From assembly GCA_900545405.1 (NCBI GenBank), contig UQYT01000001.1:49219-113218 (forward strand): a stretch of DNA of 64,000 nucleotides, read 5' to 3'. Below the pieces are notes generated by a model that was not told the DNA's origin, searched no databases, and saw only the letters and a program-made list of their open reading frames with translations. The DNA comes from an uncultured Eubacteriales bacterium. Its GTDB lineage: Bacteria > Bacillota > Clostridia > Oscillospirales > Oscillospiraceae. The translations under genes were made by a program, and so were the position numbers. Each line of letters begins with the position of its first letter. Within the stretch, counting starts at the first letter, position 1. Below, one piece after another: positions 27,329-39,188 of this stretch.

Positions 27329-28234
27329 TTACATGCCCGCGAGGGCGCAGACGGTGGCGTAGCGCTCATCTGCTGCGCGCTGGATAGAGGCAAGCTGCTC
27401 TGCGCTGAGTTTTTTGAACTTGCCTATGCCCTTTACGAAGTCTGCAACGGGTATTGGGTCAGCGTTCTTGTAGTTGAGCGTATATTTCCCCTCGGATTTC
27501 TCCCAGAGCGGGAACATATTGCTCTTCACGGCGCGTTTTGAGACCTCGATAGTCTGGTCTGGCGCGAAGCTCCAGCCCGTGGGGCAGGGCGAAAAGACGT
27601 GGAGGTAGGCAAAGCCGCGCTTTGAGGCCGCGAGGCCCTTTTCTATCTTCTCCACCATGTCCCGCATGTTCCAGGGCGTGGCCGTGGCGCAGTATTCTAC
27701 GCCGTGCATGGCGAGTATGAGCGGAATGTACTTTTGCGGCTGCTGCTTGCCGCAGAGCGCGCTGCCCAGAGGCGTCGTGGAGGTGCGCGAGCCCTCGGTG
27801 GTAGTGGAGCTGCGCTGATAGCCCGTGTTCATGTAGCCCTCGTTGTCGTAGCAGACGTAGAGCATCTTCTCACCGCGCTCGGCTGCGCCGGAGAGGCTCT
27901 GGAAGCCGCAGTCCGCCGTTGCACCGTCGCCCGCGACGGCGACGATGTTGACATCTCCCCTGCCCCGGCGCTCGTACATATGGCTCAGGCCGCTCAGGAA
28001 TGAGGCGGTGTTGTCGAGCAGCGGGATGTGGACCGGCACCTTCATGCCCGTATCGTGGCTCCAGCCTATCGCGCCGCTGCCGGCCATGCAGCCGGGCGGC
28101 ACGCATACTATCGTGTCCGGCCCCGCGAGCTGCAATACGCGCCGCAGTACCAGCTCGCCGCCGCAGCCCTGGCAGGCGGAGACGCCGGGCGACACCATGT
28201 CGGGGCTAGTTCTCAGTGTTTCTATGTAACCCAT
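27329..28234 (-). CDS. porB: 2-oxoacid:ferredoxin oxidoreductase beta subunit (TPP-binding; PorB/VorB-like).
   Basis: Motifs CQGCGG and GDGATADCG. Last gene of a gamma-delta-alpha-beta operon. Confidence 0.85.
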   Translation of the reverse strand: MGYIETLRTSPDMVSPGVSACQGCGGELVLRRVLQLAGPDTIVCVPPGCMAGSGAIGWSHDTGMKVPVHIPLLDNTASFLSGLSHMYERRGRGDVNIVAVAGDGATADCGFQSLSGAAERGEKMLYVCYDNEGYMNTGYQRSSTTTEGSRTSTTPLGSALCGKQQPQKYIPLILAMHGVEYCATATPWNMRDMVEKIEKGLAASKRGFAYLHVFSPCPTGWSFAPDQTIEVSKRAVKSNMFPLWEKSEGKYTLNYKNADPIPVADFVKGIGKFKKLSAEQLASIQRAADERYATVCALAGM

Positions 28235-28248
28235 TTTCCTGCCCCCCC

Positions 28249-29427
28249 TCAGTCCTTCATAAACCAGAGCGTGTCATACATGCCCGGCGCGTCCTTGACG
28301 CTCTCGAGCCTGTTGATGGCGCTTGCGAAGTCCGCGACGGAGATGTCCGCACCGCCGAGGCCGCCTATGGCGGAGAAACTGGCCCGGTCCGCCGCACCGG
28401 CGAGCGCCGCTCGGGTCTCGACGTACATCGGCCCGCAGTTCCAGCCGAAGGAGACGCTGCGGTCCACGCAGCAGAAGGCTCGGACGCCGCTCAACGCCTT
28501 TGCGAGCCTCGCCGCCGGGAATGGCCGGATTGCACGGAGCTTTACAAGTCCTGCGCGGATGCCGCGCTCCCGCGCCTCGTCCACCGCGTCCATACCGGCG
28601 CCGGTCATGCCGCCGACAGTGACGACGGCTACCTCGGCGTCCTCCATGCGGTACTCGCTCAGCACGCCGCCATAGCTGCGGCCGAAACTATCAGCAAATT
28701 TAGCGTCCACCTCGTCTATGACCTCCAGCGCCCGCTGCATGGCGGCCAGGTGGTTCTTGCGGTAATGCATCAGCAGCTCGCCCGGAGTCATGGGGTCGAG
28801 GGCCAGAGGCGCGTCCGGGTCGAGCAGCGCCTGGTGATTCAGGCTGTGCGGAGGAAGAAAGGCGTCTACTTCGCTCTGGGCGGGCATATCCACACCGGAG
28901 GTGAGGTGCGAGCTGTAAAAACCGTCATAGCAGACGTTCACGGGGATGCTGACCTCGGGATGCTCGGCAATCATGTAGCCCTGGATTATCATGTCCACGA
29001 TCTCCTGGTTGCTGTCGCAGAAGAGCTGTATCCAGCCTGCTTCGCGCAGGGACATGACGTCCTGCTGGCCACTCCAGATGCTCTCGGGCGAGGTCATCTC
29101 GCGCGTGGCGATGGCCATGACCATGGGCAGGCGCAGCGTGGACATCCTGAAATACGGCTCGTACATCAGCGCGAGTCCCTGGGCGCTGGTTGCGGTGAAA
29201 ACACGCCCTCCGCCTGCCGCCGCGCCCTGCACGACGCTCATCGCCGAGTGTTCGGACTCGACCTGTACGAGGTCGGAGTCCAGCCGCCCGCCGTGCACCA
29301 TCTCGGCCAGGTGCTCCACGACAGAGCTCTGCGGCGTTATGGGGTAGGCCGCGATGAGGTCGGGACGGCACAGGGCCGCGGCCTCTGCTGCGGCGTAGTT
29401 GCCGGTGAGTACCATCTTATTTCCCAT
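28249..29427 (-). CDS. porA: 2-oxoacid:ferredoxin oxidoreductase alpha subunit (PorA/VorA-like).
   Basis: N-terminal GNYAAAEAAALCRPDLIAAYPITPQS is the characteristic POR alpha-subunit motif. Confidence 0.85.
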   Translation of the reverse strand: MGNKMVLTGNYAAAEAAALCRPDLIAAYPITPQSSVVEHLAEMVHGGRLDSDLVQVESEHSAMSVVQGAAAGGGRVFTATSAQGLALMYEPYFRMSTLRLPMVMAIATREMTSPESIWSGQQDVMSLREAGWIQLFCDSNQEIVDMIIQGYMIAEHPEVSIPVNVCYDGFYSSHLTSGVDMPAQSEVDAFLPPHSLNHQALLDPDAPLALDPMTPGELLMHYRKNHLAAMQRALEVIDEVDAKFADSFGRSYGGVLSEYRMEDAEVAVVTVGGMTGAGMDAVDEARERGIRAGLVKLRAIRPFPAARLAKALSGVRAFCCVDRSVSFGWNCGPMYVETRAALAGAADRASFSAIGGLGGADISVADFASAINRLESVKDAPGMYDTLWFMKD

Positions 29428-29695
29428 CGCTGCCGCCTCCCTCGTGCTCCATGCTTATGGCCTTTTTCGGGCACTCCGCGGCGCAAATACCGCAGCCCTT
29501 GCAGAAGTCATATCTTATGTAATAGCCCCGCTCCTCCGACCACTTTATCGAGTTCACGGGGCAGTAGCCCAGGCAGATGCCGCAGTTGACGCACAGCGCC
29601 TTGTCCATTACCGGCCTGTGCGTGCGCCAGGACGCCGTGTCCAGGACGTACATGCCGCGGTTGCCCACGGGCGTCACATATTCGCGGTCATACAC
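29417..29695 (-). CDS. porD: 2-oxoacid:ferredoxin oxidoreductase delta subunit (2x[4Fe-4S] ferredoxin).
   Basis: Two CxxCxxCxxxCP motifs: CVNCGICLGYCP and CKGCGICAAECP. Confidence 0.8.
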   Translation of the reverse strand: MYDREYVTPVGNRGMYVLDTASWRTHRPVMDKALCVNCGICLGYCPVNSIKWSEERGYYIRYDFCKGCGICAAECPKKAISMEHEGGGSDGK

Positions 29696-30248
29696 CGGCC
29701 TCGCCTCCCTTCAGATAGCTCACGCTCTCATATGCCAGCTCCGCCGCGCGGCGGTTCTCCGCGCCGAAGGTGGCCTCGATCTCCGCAAGCAGCCTCTCGC
29801 GGTCTACTATGCCCACGACCTTGGTGAAGGCCCCGAGCACAGCCGTGTTGGGCAGGTTCTGGCCAAAAAGGCGCTCCGAAATACCCGTAGCGTCCACCTC
29901 GGCGACGACTCCGGCGCAGTCCGGCACTCCGAGCTCTGAGAGCGGCTTTGTGCTGTTTATGAGCACCGTGCCGCCGTCCTTGAGGCCCGCATAGGTCTGC
30001 GGCAGACCGACGAGCGTGTCGTCCATTATGACAAGGACATCCGGCTCGTATATCTGCGTCTTGCGGCGTATCTCCTCCGTGCTCAGCCTCAGATAGCCGA
30101 AGACCGGCGAGCCCTTGCGCTCGACACCGAAGAAGGGTATGAACTGCCCGTGCAGGCCGCCCTCGACCGCCGCCTTGACCACCATCTGAGAGGCCTTGAC
30201 CACGCCCTGGCCTCCCCGGCCGTGTAAGCGTATCTCCTTCAACCTCAT
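29688..30248 (-). CDS. porG: 2-oxoacid:ferredoxin oxidoreductase gamma subunit.
   Basis: Motifs RLHGRGGQGVV and the FGVERKG region are typical of POR gamma subunits. Confidence 0.85.
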   Translation of the reverse strand: MRLKEIRLHGRGGQGVVKASQMVVKAAVEGGLHGQFIPFFGVERKGSPVFGYLRLSTEEIRRKTQIYEPDVLVIMDDTLVGLPQTYAGLKDGGTVLINSTKPLSELGVPDCAGVVAEVDATGISERLFGQNLPNTAVLGAFTKVVGIVDRERLLAEIEATFGAENRRAAELAYESVSYLKGGEAGV

Positions 30249-30326
30249 CCCTCCTGTACCTATAATCGGAACGATGTTCCGTATCGTTCAAATAAATTAT
30301 GGCACCATGGGCCGTGTTTGTCAAGC

Positions 30327-31079
30327 TCAGATGCCGTAATTTTTCAGCTCATCCCTTATGCTGGCGACCACCTCGCTGAGACGCGGCTCGAGCGCGGCGC
30401 GGCTGCCGCTGACGGACACCGCAGCGGCGACACGACCGGAGGCATCGAACACCGGATAGCCCACGCAGAAGAGACCCTCGTGGGTCTCCCCATCGTCGAG
30501 GGCGTAGCCGCGCTCGCGTATGGCGGCGAGTTCGGCCTCAAGTGCGTCGGGGTCAGTTATGGTAGTCGCCGTGTAGCGGCGCAGTTCGGCGCTCTCAATG
30601 AGCTCGCGTCGGCGCTCCGGGGGCAGCCAGGCGAGGATGCACTTGCCGGTGGCCGAGGCGTGTATGGGCAGCGTGCCGCCCACGCGGGAGGACATGTACA
30701 CAAATGGCCCGGCGGAGACCTTGTTCACGATGGTGAGCTCCCCGTCGTCGAGCACAGCGAGGTGAGCCGTGGACTGATACTCCTCCGCAAGCTGAGCGAG
30801 CGCCGGGGCGAGGGCACGGGAGAGCTCGTTCCGCTCGCGGACGAGTGAGCCGTAGAGCAGAAAACCGGTGCCGAGGCGGTATTTCCCTGTCTCCGTGTTC
30901 TGCATGAGCAGCCGCCCATCCTCGAGCGAGGCCACGATGCGGGCCACGGCGGACTTGGAGAGCCCCAGCTCGCGCGAGAGCTCCGAGATGCCGCGTTCCT
31001 CCCTCTCGACAAAGCAGCCTAGCAGGCGCAGGGCGTTGGACACCGACTGTGAATATTCGCTTTTCCCGCGCTCTGCCAT
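30327..31079 (-). CDS. IclR-family transcriptional regulator.
   Basis: N-terminal HTH ISELSRELGLSKSAVARIVASL. C-terminal IclR effector domain. Located upstream of the por operon on the same strand. Confidence 0.85.
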   Translation of the reverse strand: MAERGKSEYSQSVSNALRLLGCFVEREERGISELSRELGLSKSAVARIVASLEDGRLLMQNTETGKYRLGTGFLLYGSLVRERNELSRALAPALAQLAEEYQSTAHLAVLDDGELTIVNKVSAGPFVYMSSRVGGTLPIHASATGKCILAWLPPERRRELIESAELRRYTATTITDPDALEAELAAIRERGYALDDGETHEGLFCVGYPVFDASGRVAAAVSVSGSRAALEPRLSEVVASIRDELKNYGI

Positions 31080-31093
31080 CTGCTTCCCCCGTT

Positions 31094-33743
<2,650 letters not shown>

Positions 33744-33775
33744 GGGTGATCACCCCCATGCCATTTATATGAGGG

Positions 33776-35026
33776 CTATTTGTCCAGCATTTCCGCTATT
33801 GCGTTCATTATTCCGAGCCTGCCCGACTCATAGGTCAGTCCGCCCTGCAAAAAGGCGCGGTACGGCTCGCGCATCGGGCCGTCGGCCGAGAGCTCTATGG
33901 ATGAACCCTGTATGAACGCGCCCGCGGCCATGATGACCTCGTCCTCATAGCCCGGCATCTTCCAGGGCTCGGGCGTGACGTAGGAATCCACGGGCGAGCC
34001 GGCCTGTATGCCGCGGCAGAAGCGGCAGAGGTTTTCCGCCGACTTGAGGGTTATGGTCTGGATGATATCGTACCTCGGCTCCAGCGGTCCGGGCTCGGAG
34101 TCAAAGCCGAGCTTTTCGAGCATCGCGGCGCAGAGGGCCGCGGTCTTGAGCGCCTGAGCCGTGGTGTGCGGGGCCATGAAGAGGCCCTGATACAGCTGCC
34201 TGTTCGTGCCCAGCGTGCAGCCGCACTCGCCGCCTATGCCGGGCACGGTGAGCCGGAACGCGGCGCGCTCCACCAGCTCCGCGCGGCCGGTGATGTAGCC
34301 GCCGGTGGGCGCCAGGCCGCCGCCCGGGTTCTTTATGAGCGAGCCCGCGGCGAGGTCGGCGCCGAGCATCGTCGGCTCCACCTCCTCGGTGAACTCGCCG
34401 TAGCAGTTGTCCACGACGCACACCGTCTCGGGCGACACGCGCTTGACGAGGCGGCAGATCTCGCCCACCTCCTCGGCCGAGAGCGCCCGGCGGCTGTCGT
34501 AGCCCCTCGAGCGCTGGATGAGCACGGCGCGGGGGCGCTTCTCCCCCACCTCGCGCCCTATGGCCTCCATGTCCGGGCCGCCGTCCTTCGTGGGCACCTC
34601 GGCGTACTTGACGCCGTAGAAGCCCAGCGAGCCGTAGGCGTCGCCGGAGATGCCGATGGCCGTCCTGAGCGTGTCATAGGGCGCGCCCATGAGGCACATG
34701 AGCGTCTCGCCCGGGCCCACGGCGGCGAAGAGCGCCGAAGCTATGGCATGCGTGCCGTTTACAAAGCCCGTGCGCACCAGCGCGGCCTCCGCGCCGAAAA
34801 CGCGGGCCCATATCTTGTCGAGCGTCTCGCGGCCCAGGTCGTCGTAGCCGTAGCCGGTGGTGCCGGCAAAGCAGCTCTCGGAGACCTTGAACTCCTGGAA
34901 CGCCTCCATTATGCGCCGCGTATTTATGCGCGACACGCGGTCGATCTCGGCAAATCGGCCGCTAAGCTCCGCCTCGCAGTCGTCCGCGAGGCGCTCTATA
35001 TTCGTCGGAATATCACTCAGCTTCAT
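33776..35026 (-). CDS. Methionine gamma-lyase family PLP enzyme (aluminium-resistance-protein/YnbB-like).
   Basis: About 416 aa with the Cys/Met-metabolism PLP fold and the conserved N-terminus of the YnbB family. Confidence 0.7.
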   Translation of the reverse strand: MKLSDIPTNIERLADDCEAELSGRFAEIDRVSRINTRRIMEAFQEFKVSESCFAGTTGYGYDDLGRETLDKIWARVFGAEAALVRTGFVNGTHAIASALFAAVGPGETLMCLMGAPYDTLRTAIGISGDAYGSLGFYGVKYAEVPTKDGGPDMEAIGREVGEKRPRAVLIQRSRGYDSRRALSAEEVGEICRLVKRVSPETVCVVDNCYGEFTEEVEPTMLGADLAAGSLIKNPGGGLAPTGGYITGRAELVERAAFRLTVPGIGGECGCTLGTNRQLYQGLFMAPHTTAQALKTAALCAAMLEKLGFDSEPGPLEPRYDIIQTITLKSAENLCRFCRGIQAGSPVDSYVTPEPWKMPGYEDEVIMAAGAFIQGSSIELSADGPMREPYRAFLQGGLTYESGRLGIMNAIAEMLDK

Positions 35027-36422
35027 CGTCTTTGAACCCCATAACTATCTCTCTGAATTTGTCGCCGCGCTCGGCGAAGTTCCGGAACCTGTCGAAGGAC
35101 GAGCAGGCCGGAGAAAGCAGCACTATGTCCCCCGGCGAGGCCATGGCCTTGGCCTCCAACACCGCGGTGGTGAGGTCGGGGACTATCTTTATCGGCAGGC
35201 GCATCGGGTCATAGAACACGCTGCGCCGCACGGCGATGGCTATCTGCTCCGCCGTGTCGCCCGTGAGCAGCAGGGCGCGGACGCGCTCGCATATCTCGTC
35301 GGCGAGGCCGTCGAAGCTCACGTGCTTGTCGTGGCCTCCGGCGATGAGTATCGGCTTTGCCCGCATCGCGCGCAGGCCCGCTATGGTGCGGGTCGGGCTG
35401 GTGGCGATGGAGTCGTTGATGTAGGAGACGCCGTTGAGCTTGCGTATGAGCTCCAGACGGTGGGTCACGCCGCCGTAAGTGCGCGCCACGGCGCGGCACA
35501 TCTCGGGCGAGACAACGCCGTCCACCGCCGCAAACGCGGCCATGTAGTTTTCAACGTTGTGCACGCCGGGCAGCAGGATCTCGGACTCGGGGATGATGCT
35601 CTCGACCTCGTAATTGTGGCTGCGGTAGATCATGCCGTTGCGGCAGAACACGCCGTCGGAGAGCGTCTCCTTGCGGCTGAAATACAGCACGCGGCTCTTC
35701 GCCTCCTCGCCGAAGCGGGCGGTGTAGGCGTTGTCGCGGTTCACGACCAGCACGTCGTCGGCGGTCTGGTTTGCGAAGATCTGGCGCTTGGCGTTGACGT
35801 AGTCGTCAAAGTCCGGGTGCTTGTCAAGGTGGTTCGGCGAGACGTTGGTGATGACGGCGACGTCGGGGCGTATATTGATGCTGTGCAGCTGGAAGCTCGA
35901 GAGCTCGAGCACGGCGATGTCATCCGGCTGGAAGTCCGGTATCTCGCACAGCAGCGGCTTGCCGATGTTGCCGCCGAGGTGCACGCGCCGACCAGCGGCC
36001 TTGAGCAGCTCGGCAATGATGGACGAGGTGGTGGTCTTGCCGTCGGAGCCCGTTATGCCTATCGTGCGGCAGGGGCAGAGGCGGAAGAAGATCTCCATCT
36101 CGCTGGTAACAACGGCGCCGCGCGCCTTTGCCTTGACGAGGGCGGGGTCTGTGGGCAGCAGGCCCGGGGTGCGGAAGATGTAGTCAAAGCCATCGAGGTC
36201 GTCGAGGTAGCCGGGGCCGAGCCGGAGCTGGGCACCGCGCGCACGCAGTTGCACGGCCGCGTCGCCGAGCGCCTCCTCGGTGCGCATATCGCAGACGGTC
36301 AGGGGCAGATTGTTTTTGAGCAGAAGGTCTATGAGCGGAGTATTGCTCACGCCTATTCCGAGCACGGCGATGCGCCGGCCCTTGAGGGAGTCAACATATT
36401 CCTGAAGTGTCAAAATAATCAC
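35013..36422 (-). CDS. murD: UDP-N-acetylmuramoylalanine--D-glutamate ligase MurD.
   Basis: P-loop GITGSDGKTTTSS and the Mur ligase middle and C-terminal domains. Confidence 0.9.
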   Translation of the reverse strand: MIILTLQEYVDSLKGRRIAVLGIGVSNTPLIDLLLKNNLPLTVCDMRTEEALGDAAVQLRARGAQLRLGPGYLDDLDGFDYIFRTPGLLPTDPALVKAKARGAVVTSEMEIFFRLCPCRTIGITGSDGKTTTSSIIAELLKAAGRRVHLGGNIGKPLLCEIPDFQPDDIAVLELSSFQLHSINIRPDVAVITNVSPNHLDKHPDFDDYVNAKRQIFANQTADDVLVVNRDNAYTARFGEEAKSRVLYFSRKETLSDGVFCRNGMIYRSHNYEVESIIPESEILLPGVHNVENYMAAFAAVDGVVSPEMCRAVARTYGGVTHRLELIRKLNGVSYINDSIATSPTRTIAGLRAMRAKPILIAGGHDKHVSFDGLADEICERVRALLLTGDTAEQIAIAVRRSVFYDPMRLPIKIVPDLTTAVLEAKAMASPGDIVLLSPACSSFDRFRNFAERGDKFREIVMGFKDDEAE

Positions 36423-36486
36423 CTCTCAACCTAAGATTATATCCCGAAATTCTGACGAATACAACAACTTTGTTGCATATGCCCTC

Positions 36487-36517
36487 TTGACAGCCTCCAT
36501 GCATAAAGATTTATAAT
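36487..36517 (+). promoter_or_regulatory. Promoter candidate: -35 TTGACA, 18-19-nt spacer, -10 TATAAT. Upstream of the YczE-like gene.
   Basis: Read in the murD/yczE divergent intergenic region. Confidence 0.35.
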
Positions 36518-36548
36518 AATACCAAGAAAATAAAAAAGGAGTCTTAAT

Positions 36549-37215
36549 ATGGAAAATCATGACTCCCGCAAGCGGTTTGCGGCCAGGCTGGCCCTACTGC
36601 TTGCGGGACTTGCTGTTATGGCCTTCGGCGTGGCGCTGTCCATCAAGGCAGAGCTCGGCACATCGCCCATCTCCAGCCTGCCGTATGTTACGGCCGTCAT
36701 AAGCGGGTTGAGCGTCGGCACGACGACGATAATCGTCAACTCGCTTTTCGTACTTACGCAGATAATCCTGCTGCGGAGAAACTACGAGTGGTTCCAGCTG
36801 CTGCAGATAGGCATCGCCGTGGTGTTCGGCATGCTGATAGACCTCTTCGGGCTGCTGCTGGAGCCTGTGGCGGCCGGGAACTATGCCGTGCAGTGGCTGC
36901 TTTGCGCGGGCGGAATCGTGTTTGTCGCCCTTGGCATAAGTATTGAGGTCGCGGCCAACCTCGTGCCCACCGCGGGCGAAGGTCTGGTGCTCGCCGTCTG
37001 CCAGGTGACCCCCCTTCAAGTTCGGCAACATGAAAGTCGCGCTGGACGTTACGCTCGTTGTGCTCTCAGTCGCCGCGGGCTTCATCTTCCTCGGCCGGCT
37101 CGAGGGTGTGCGCGAGGGCACGGTAGCGGCGGCACTGCTCGTGGGCCAGGTGTCCAAGATCTTTTCGAGGTATCTCACCGGCCTGCGCAAAAAGCTCGGA
37201 ACAGAGGTTGACTAA
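36549..37215 (+). pseudogene. YczE/YitT-like small membrane protein gene, interrupted by a +1 frameshift in a C6 homopolymer at about 37010-37016.
   Basis: The track shows two overlapping ORFs: 36549-37211 (frame 0) and 37030-37215 (frame +1). Frame 0 makes sense up to ...AVCQVTP and then becomes Arg-rich nonsense. Frame +1 continues FKFGNMKVALDVTLVVLSVAAGFIFLG.... Removing one C from GACCCCCCTTC restores a single 221-aa ORF. Confidence 0.6.
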
Positions 37216-37244
37216 GTCCGGACCAGAGGTTAAAATACCACATT

Positions 37245-37590
37245 GAGCGGGCCGGACGGCCGCGCGTGTCAGGCTAAAGCCGGCACGTGAGGAAAGTCCG
37301 GGCTCCATAGGGCAAGGATAACGGGTAACACCCGCCAGGGGCGACCCTCGGACAAGTGCAACAGAGATATACCGCTGGTTCCTGCGAACCAGTAAGGGTG
37401 GAAAGGCGGAGATAAGCGCCCGCCCATCGGCTGGAGACAGTTCGGTGCTGTAAACTCTATCCGGAGCAACACCGTGGAGGGACAATAGGCCGGCCCGGCC
37501 GTCCCGAGGAGGTGGCTTGAGGCGTGCGGCAACGTGCGTCCCAGATAGATGGCCGTCGATCACAGAACCCGGCTTACAGGCCCGCTCATA
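37245..37590 (+). ncRNA. rnpB: RNase P RNA (rnpB), bacterial.
   Basis: Universally conserved GGAAAGTCCGGGCTCCATAGGGCA (P4 strand) and ACAGAACCCGGCTTA (3' P4 strand). The P1 helix is GAGCGGGCC at the 5' end pairing with GGCCCGCTC at the 3' end. Confidence 0.8.
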
Positions 37591-37597
37591 ATAAGCA

Positions 37598-37632
37598 GAA
37601 AAAATGCCAGTCTCTCGACTGGCATTTTTCTT
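37598..37632. terminator. Bidirectional Rho-independent terminator shared by rnpB and the convergent MATE gene.
   Basis: Stem TGCCAGTC-tctc-GACTGGCA, flanked by AAAAAA before and TTTTTCTTTT after. Confidence 0.65.
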
Positions 37633-37633
37633 T

Positions 37634-38992
37634 TCAGTTGTACGCTGCGGCGAGGCGGATGTGGCTCCAGGTGCGGGTGTGCCAGCGCCAGAGGAAGAGC
37701 CCGGCGCGCAGGCACTCGTCGCAGGCCATGGCTATCCAGATGCCCTCGAGGCCGAGCCTGAGCGGGCCGGAGAGCAGCATTCCGCCGCCGAATGCGGTAA
37801 GCCAGGCGCTGATGACGCAGATGGTTATCGGGAAGCGTATGTCCCCACAGGCCTGGAGCGCGCGGCACATGACTATATTGACCGCCCTGCCCAGCTCCAG
37901 CGGTATCTCGATGAGCATGATGGTCTTTGCAAGCGCGATGACCCGCGCGTCGCTGGTGAAGATGCCGCAGAGCGGCTCCGCGAATATGTAGATGAGCACC
38001 GAGACCAGACCGGAAATGACTACGGAGGCGTACATCGTGCGCCGGACGCACTTGTCGGTCGCCTCGGTGTCCCCGCCGCCCATGTAGCGCGCGACGACGA
38101 CCTGCGCCGCCTGAGCCACGGCGGAGGCAAACATGTAGGAGAGCATGGCGAACATGTTGGCGTAGACGCGGGTGTTGATGACAAAGAGCTCAAACCTGTT
38201 GCAGACGGCCTGGATGCAGATCTGCGAGAGGTTGTAGGAGATGGACTCGCCGCCGGAGGGTATGCCGATGTGCAGCAGCCCCCGGAACTGCGTCTTCGGG
38301 AAGGGTTTCAGGCAGGAGACGGAGATCGCGCCCTTGCCGAAGTACCTGCGGAAGAGCAGCGCGATGACCACGACGCCGACGAGCCTGGAGAGGCCGCTGG
38401 AGATGGCCGCGCCCGCGACGCCGAGGGCTGGCAGACCGATGAGGCCGTTTATTAGCAGCGCGTTGCAGCCTATGTTCATGACGTTCACGAGGACGGATAC
38501 CAGCATCGTCTGCTTCATGAGCTGGCAGCTGCGGAAGAAGGCCGTGAAGGTCAGGTATACCGCCTGCAGCACCATACCGGCGCCGATGATGCGGATGTAG
38601 AGCACAGCCTCGTCGAATATCTCCTCGGGTACGCTCATCATGCGGTAGATGGGCCCGCAGAGGAACACCAGGATCGCGCTCACCGCGAGGCCGAAGATGA
38701 GATTCGCAAGCAGCGACACCGTGTAAGTCTCGCGCAGACGCTCCGTGCTCTTCGCGCCGAGATACTGGGAGATGAGTATCGTCGCCGCGGTGCAGATGAC
38801 CGAGAATACGATGAGCAGCAGGTTGACGATCTGGTTAGCGTTGCCGATGGCCCCGACCAGGTCCGGGTCATACCACCCGACCATGATCTGGTCCGCATTG
38901 CCGACCAGCATCTGCAATACCAGCTCAATAAAAATGGGCCACGTCAGGCTCAGAATGTTGTTTTCGTTCTTAACGGACTTGAGCTTCTCCAT
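37634..38992 (-). CDS. MATE-family multidrug/oligosaccharidyl-lipid efflux transporter.
   Basis: 12 transmembrane segments and two MatE repeats. Start set at MEKLK, which has a GGGGAG RBS. Confidence 0.85.
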   Translation of the reverse strand: MEKLKSVKNENNILSLTWPIFIELVLQMLVGNADQIMVGWYDPDLVGAIGNANQIVNLLLIVFSVICTAATILISQYLGAKSTERLRETYTVSLLANLIFGLAVSAILVFLCGPIYRMMSVPEEIFDEAVLYIRIIGAGMVLQAVYLTFTAFFRSCQLMKQTMLVSVLVNVMNIGCNALLINGLIGLPALGVAGAAISSGLSRLVGVVVIALLFRRYFGKGAISVSCLKPFPKTQFRGLLHIGIPSGGESISYNLSQICIQAVCNRFELFVINTRVYANMFAMLSYMFASAVAQAAQVVVARYMGGGDTEATDKCVRRTMYASVVISGLVSVLIYIFAEPLCGIFTSDARVIALAKTIMLIEIPLELGRAVNIVMCRALQACGDIRFPITICVISAWLTAFGGGMLLSGPLRLGLEGIWIAMACDECLRAGLFLWRWHTRTWSHIRLAAAYN

Positions 38993-39140
38993 ATTACTCC
39001 CCAACCAGAAATATTGCACAAAATTGGCATATGTAATTTAGCTAATTTATTATAGTGCCCGCCGCTGAAAAGTCAATCGGCAGAATTAACACAGTTTGGT
39101 TAGAGTAGAAAGACCCAAGTTATAAAAAATGATAGTGCAA

Positions 39141-39180
39141 TAAAACGCGTCTGCCGATTAATCTGCAGACGCGTTTGTAT
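39141..39180 (-). terminator. Terminator for the GH13 gene (minus strand).
   Basis: Stem AACGCGTCTGC-cgattaatc-GCAGACGCGTT with a T-run on the minus strand. Confidence 0.5.
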
Positions 39181-39188
39181 TGCTGTAG

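Noticed and set aside
28216-29589. 457-aa plus-strand ORF antisense to the oxidoreductase alpha subunit.
   Set aside because: Antisense artefact.
34166-36434. Two long plus-strand ORFs (289 and 525 aa) antisense to the Met-gamma-lyase-family gene and murD.
   Set aside because: Antisense artefacts of GC-rich genes.
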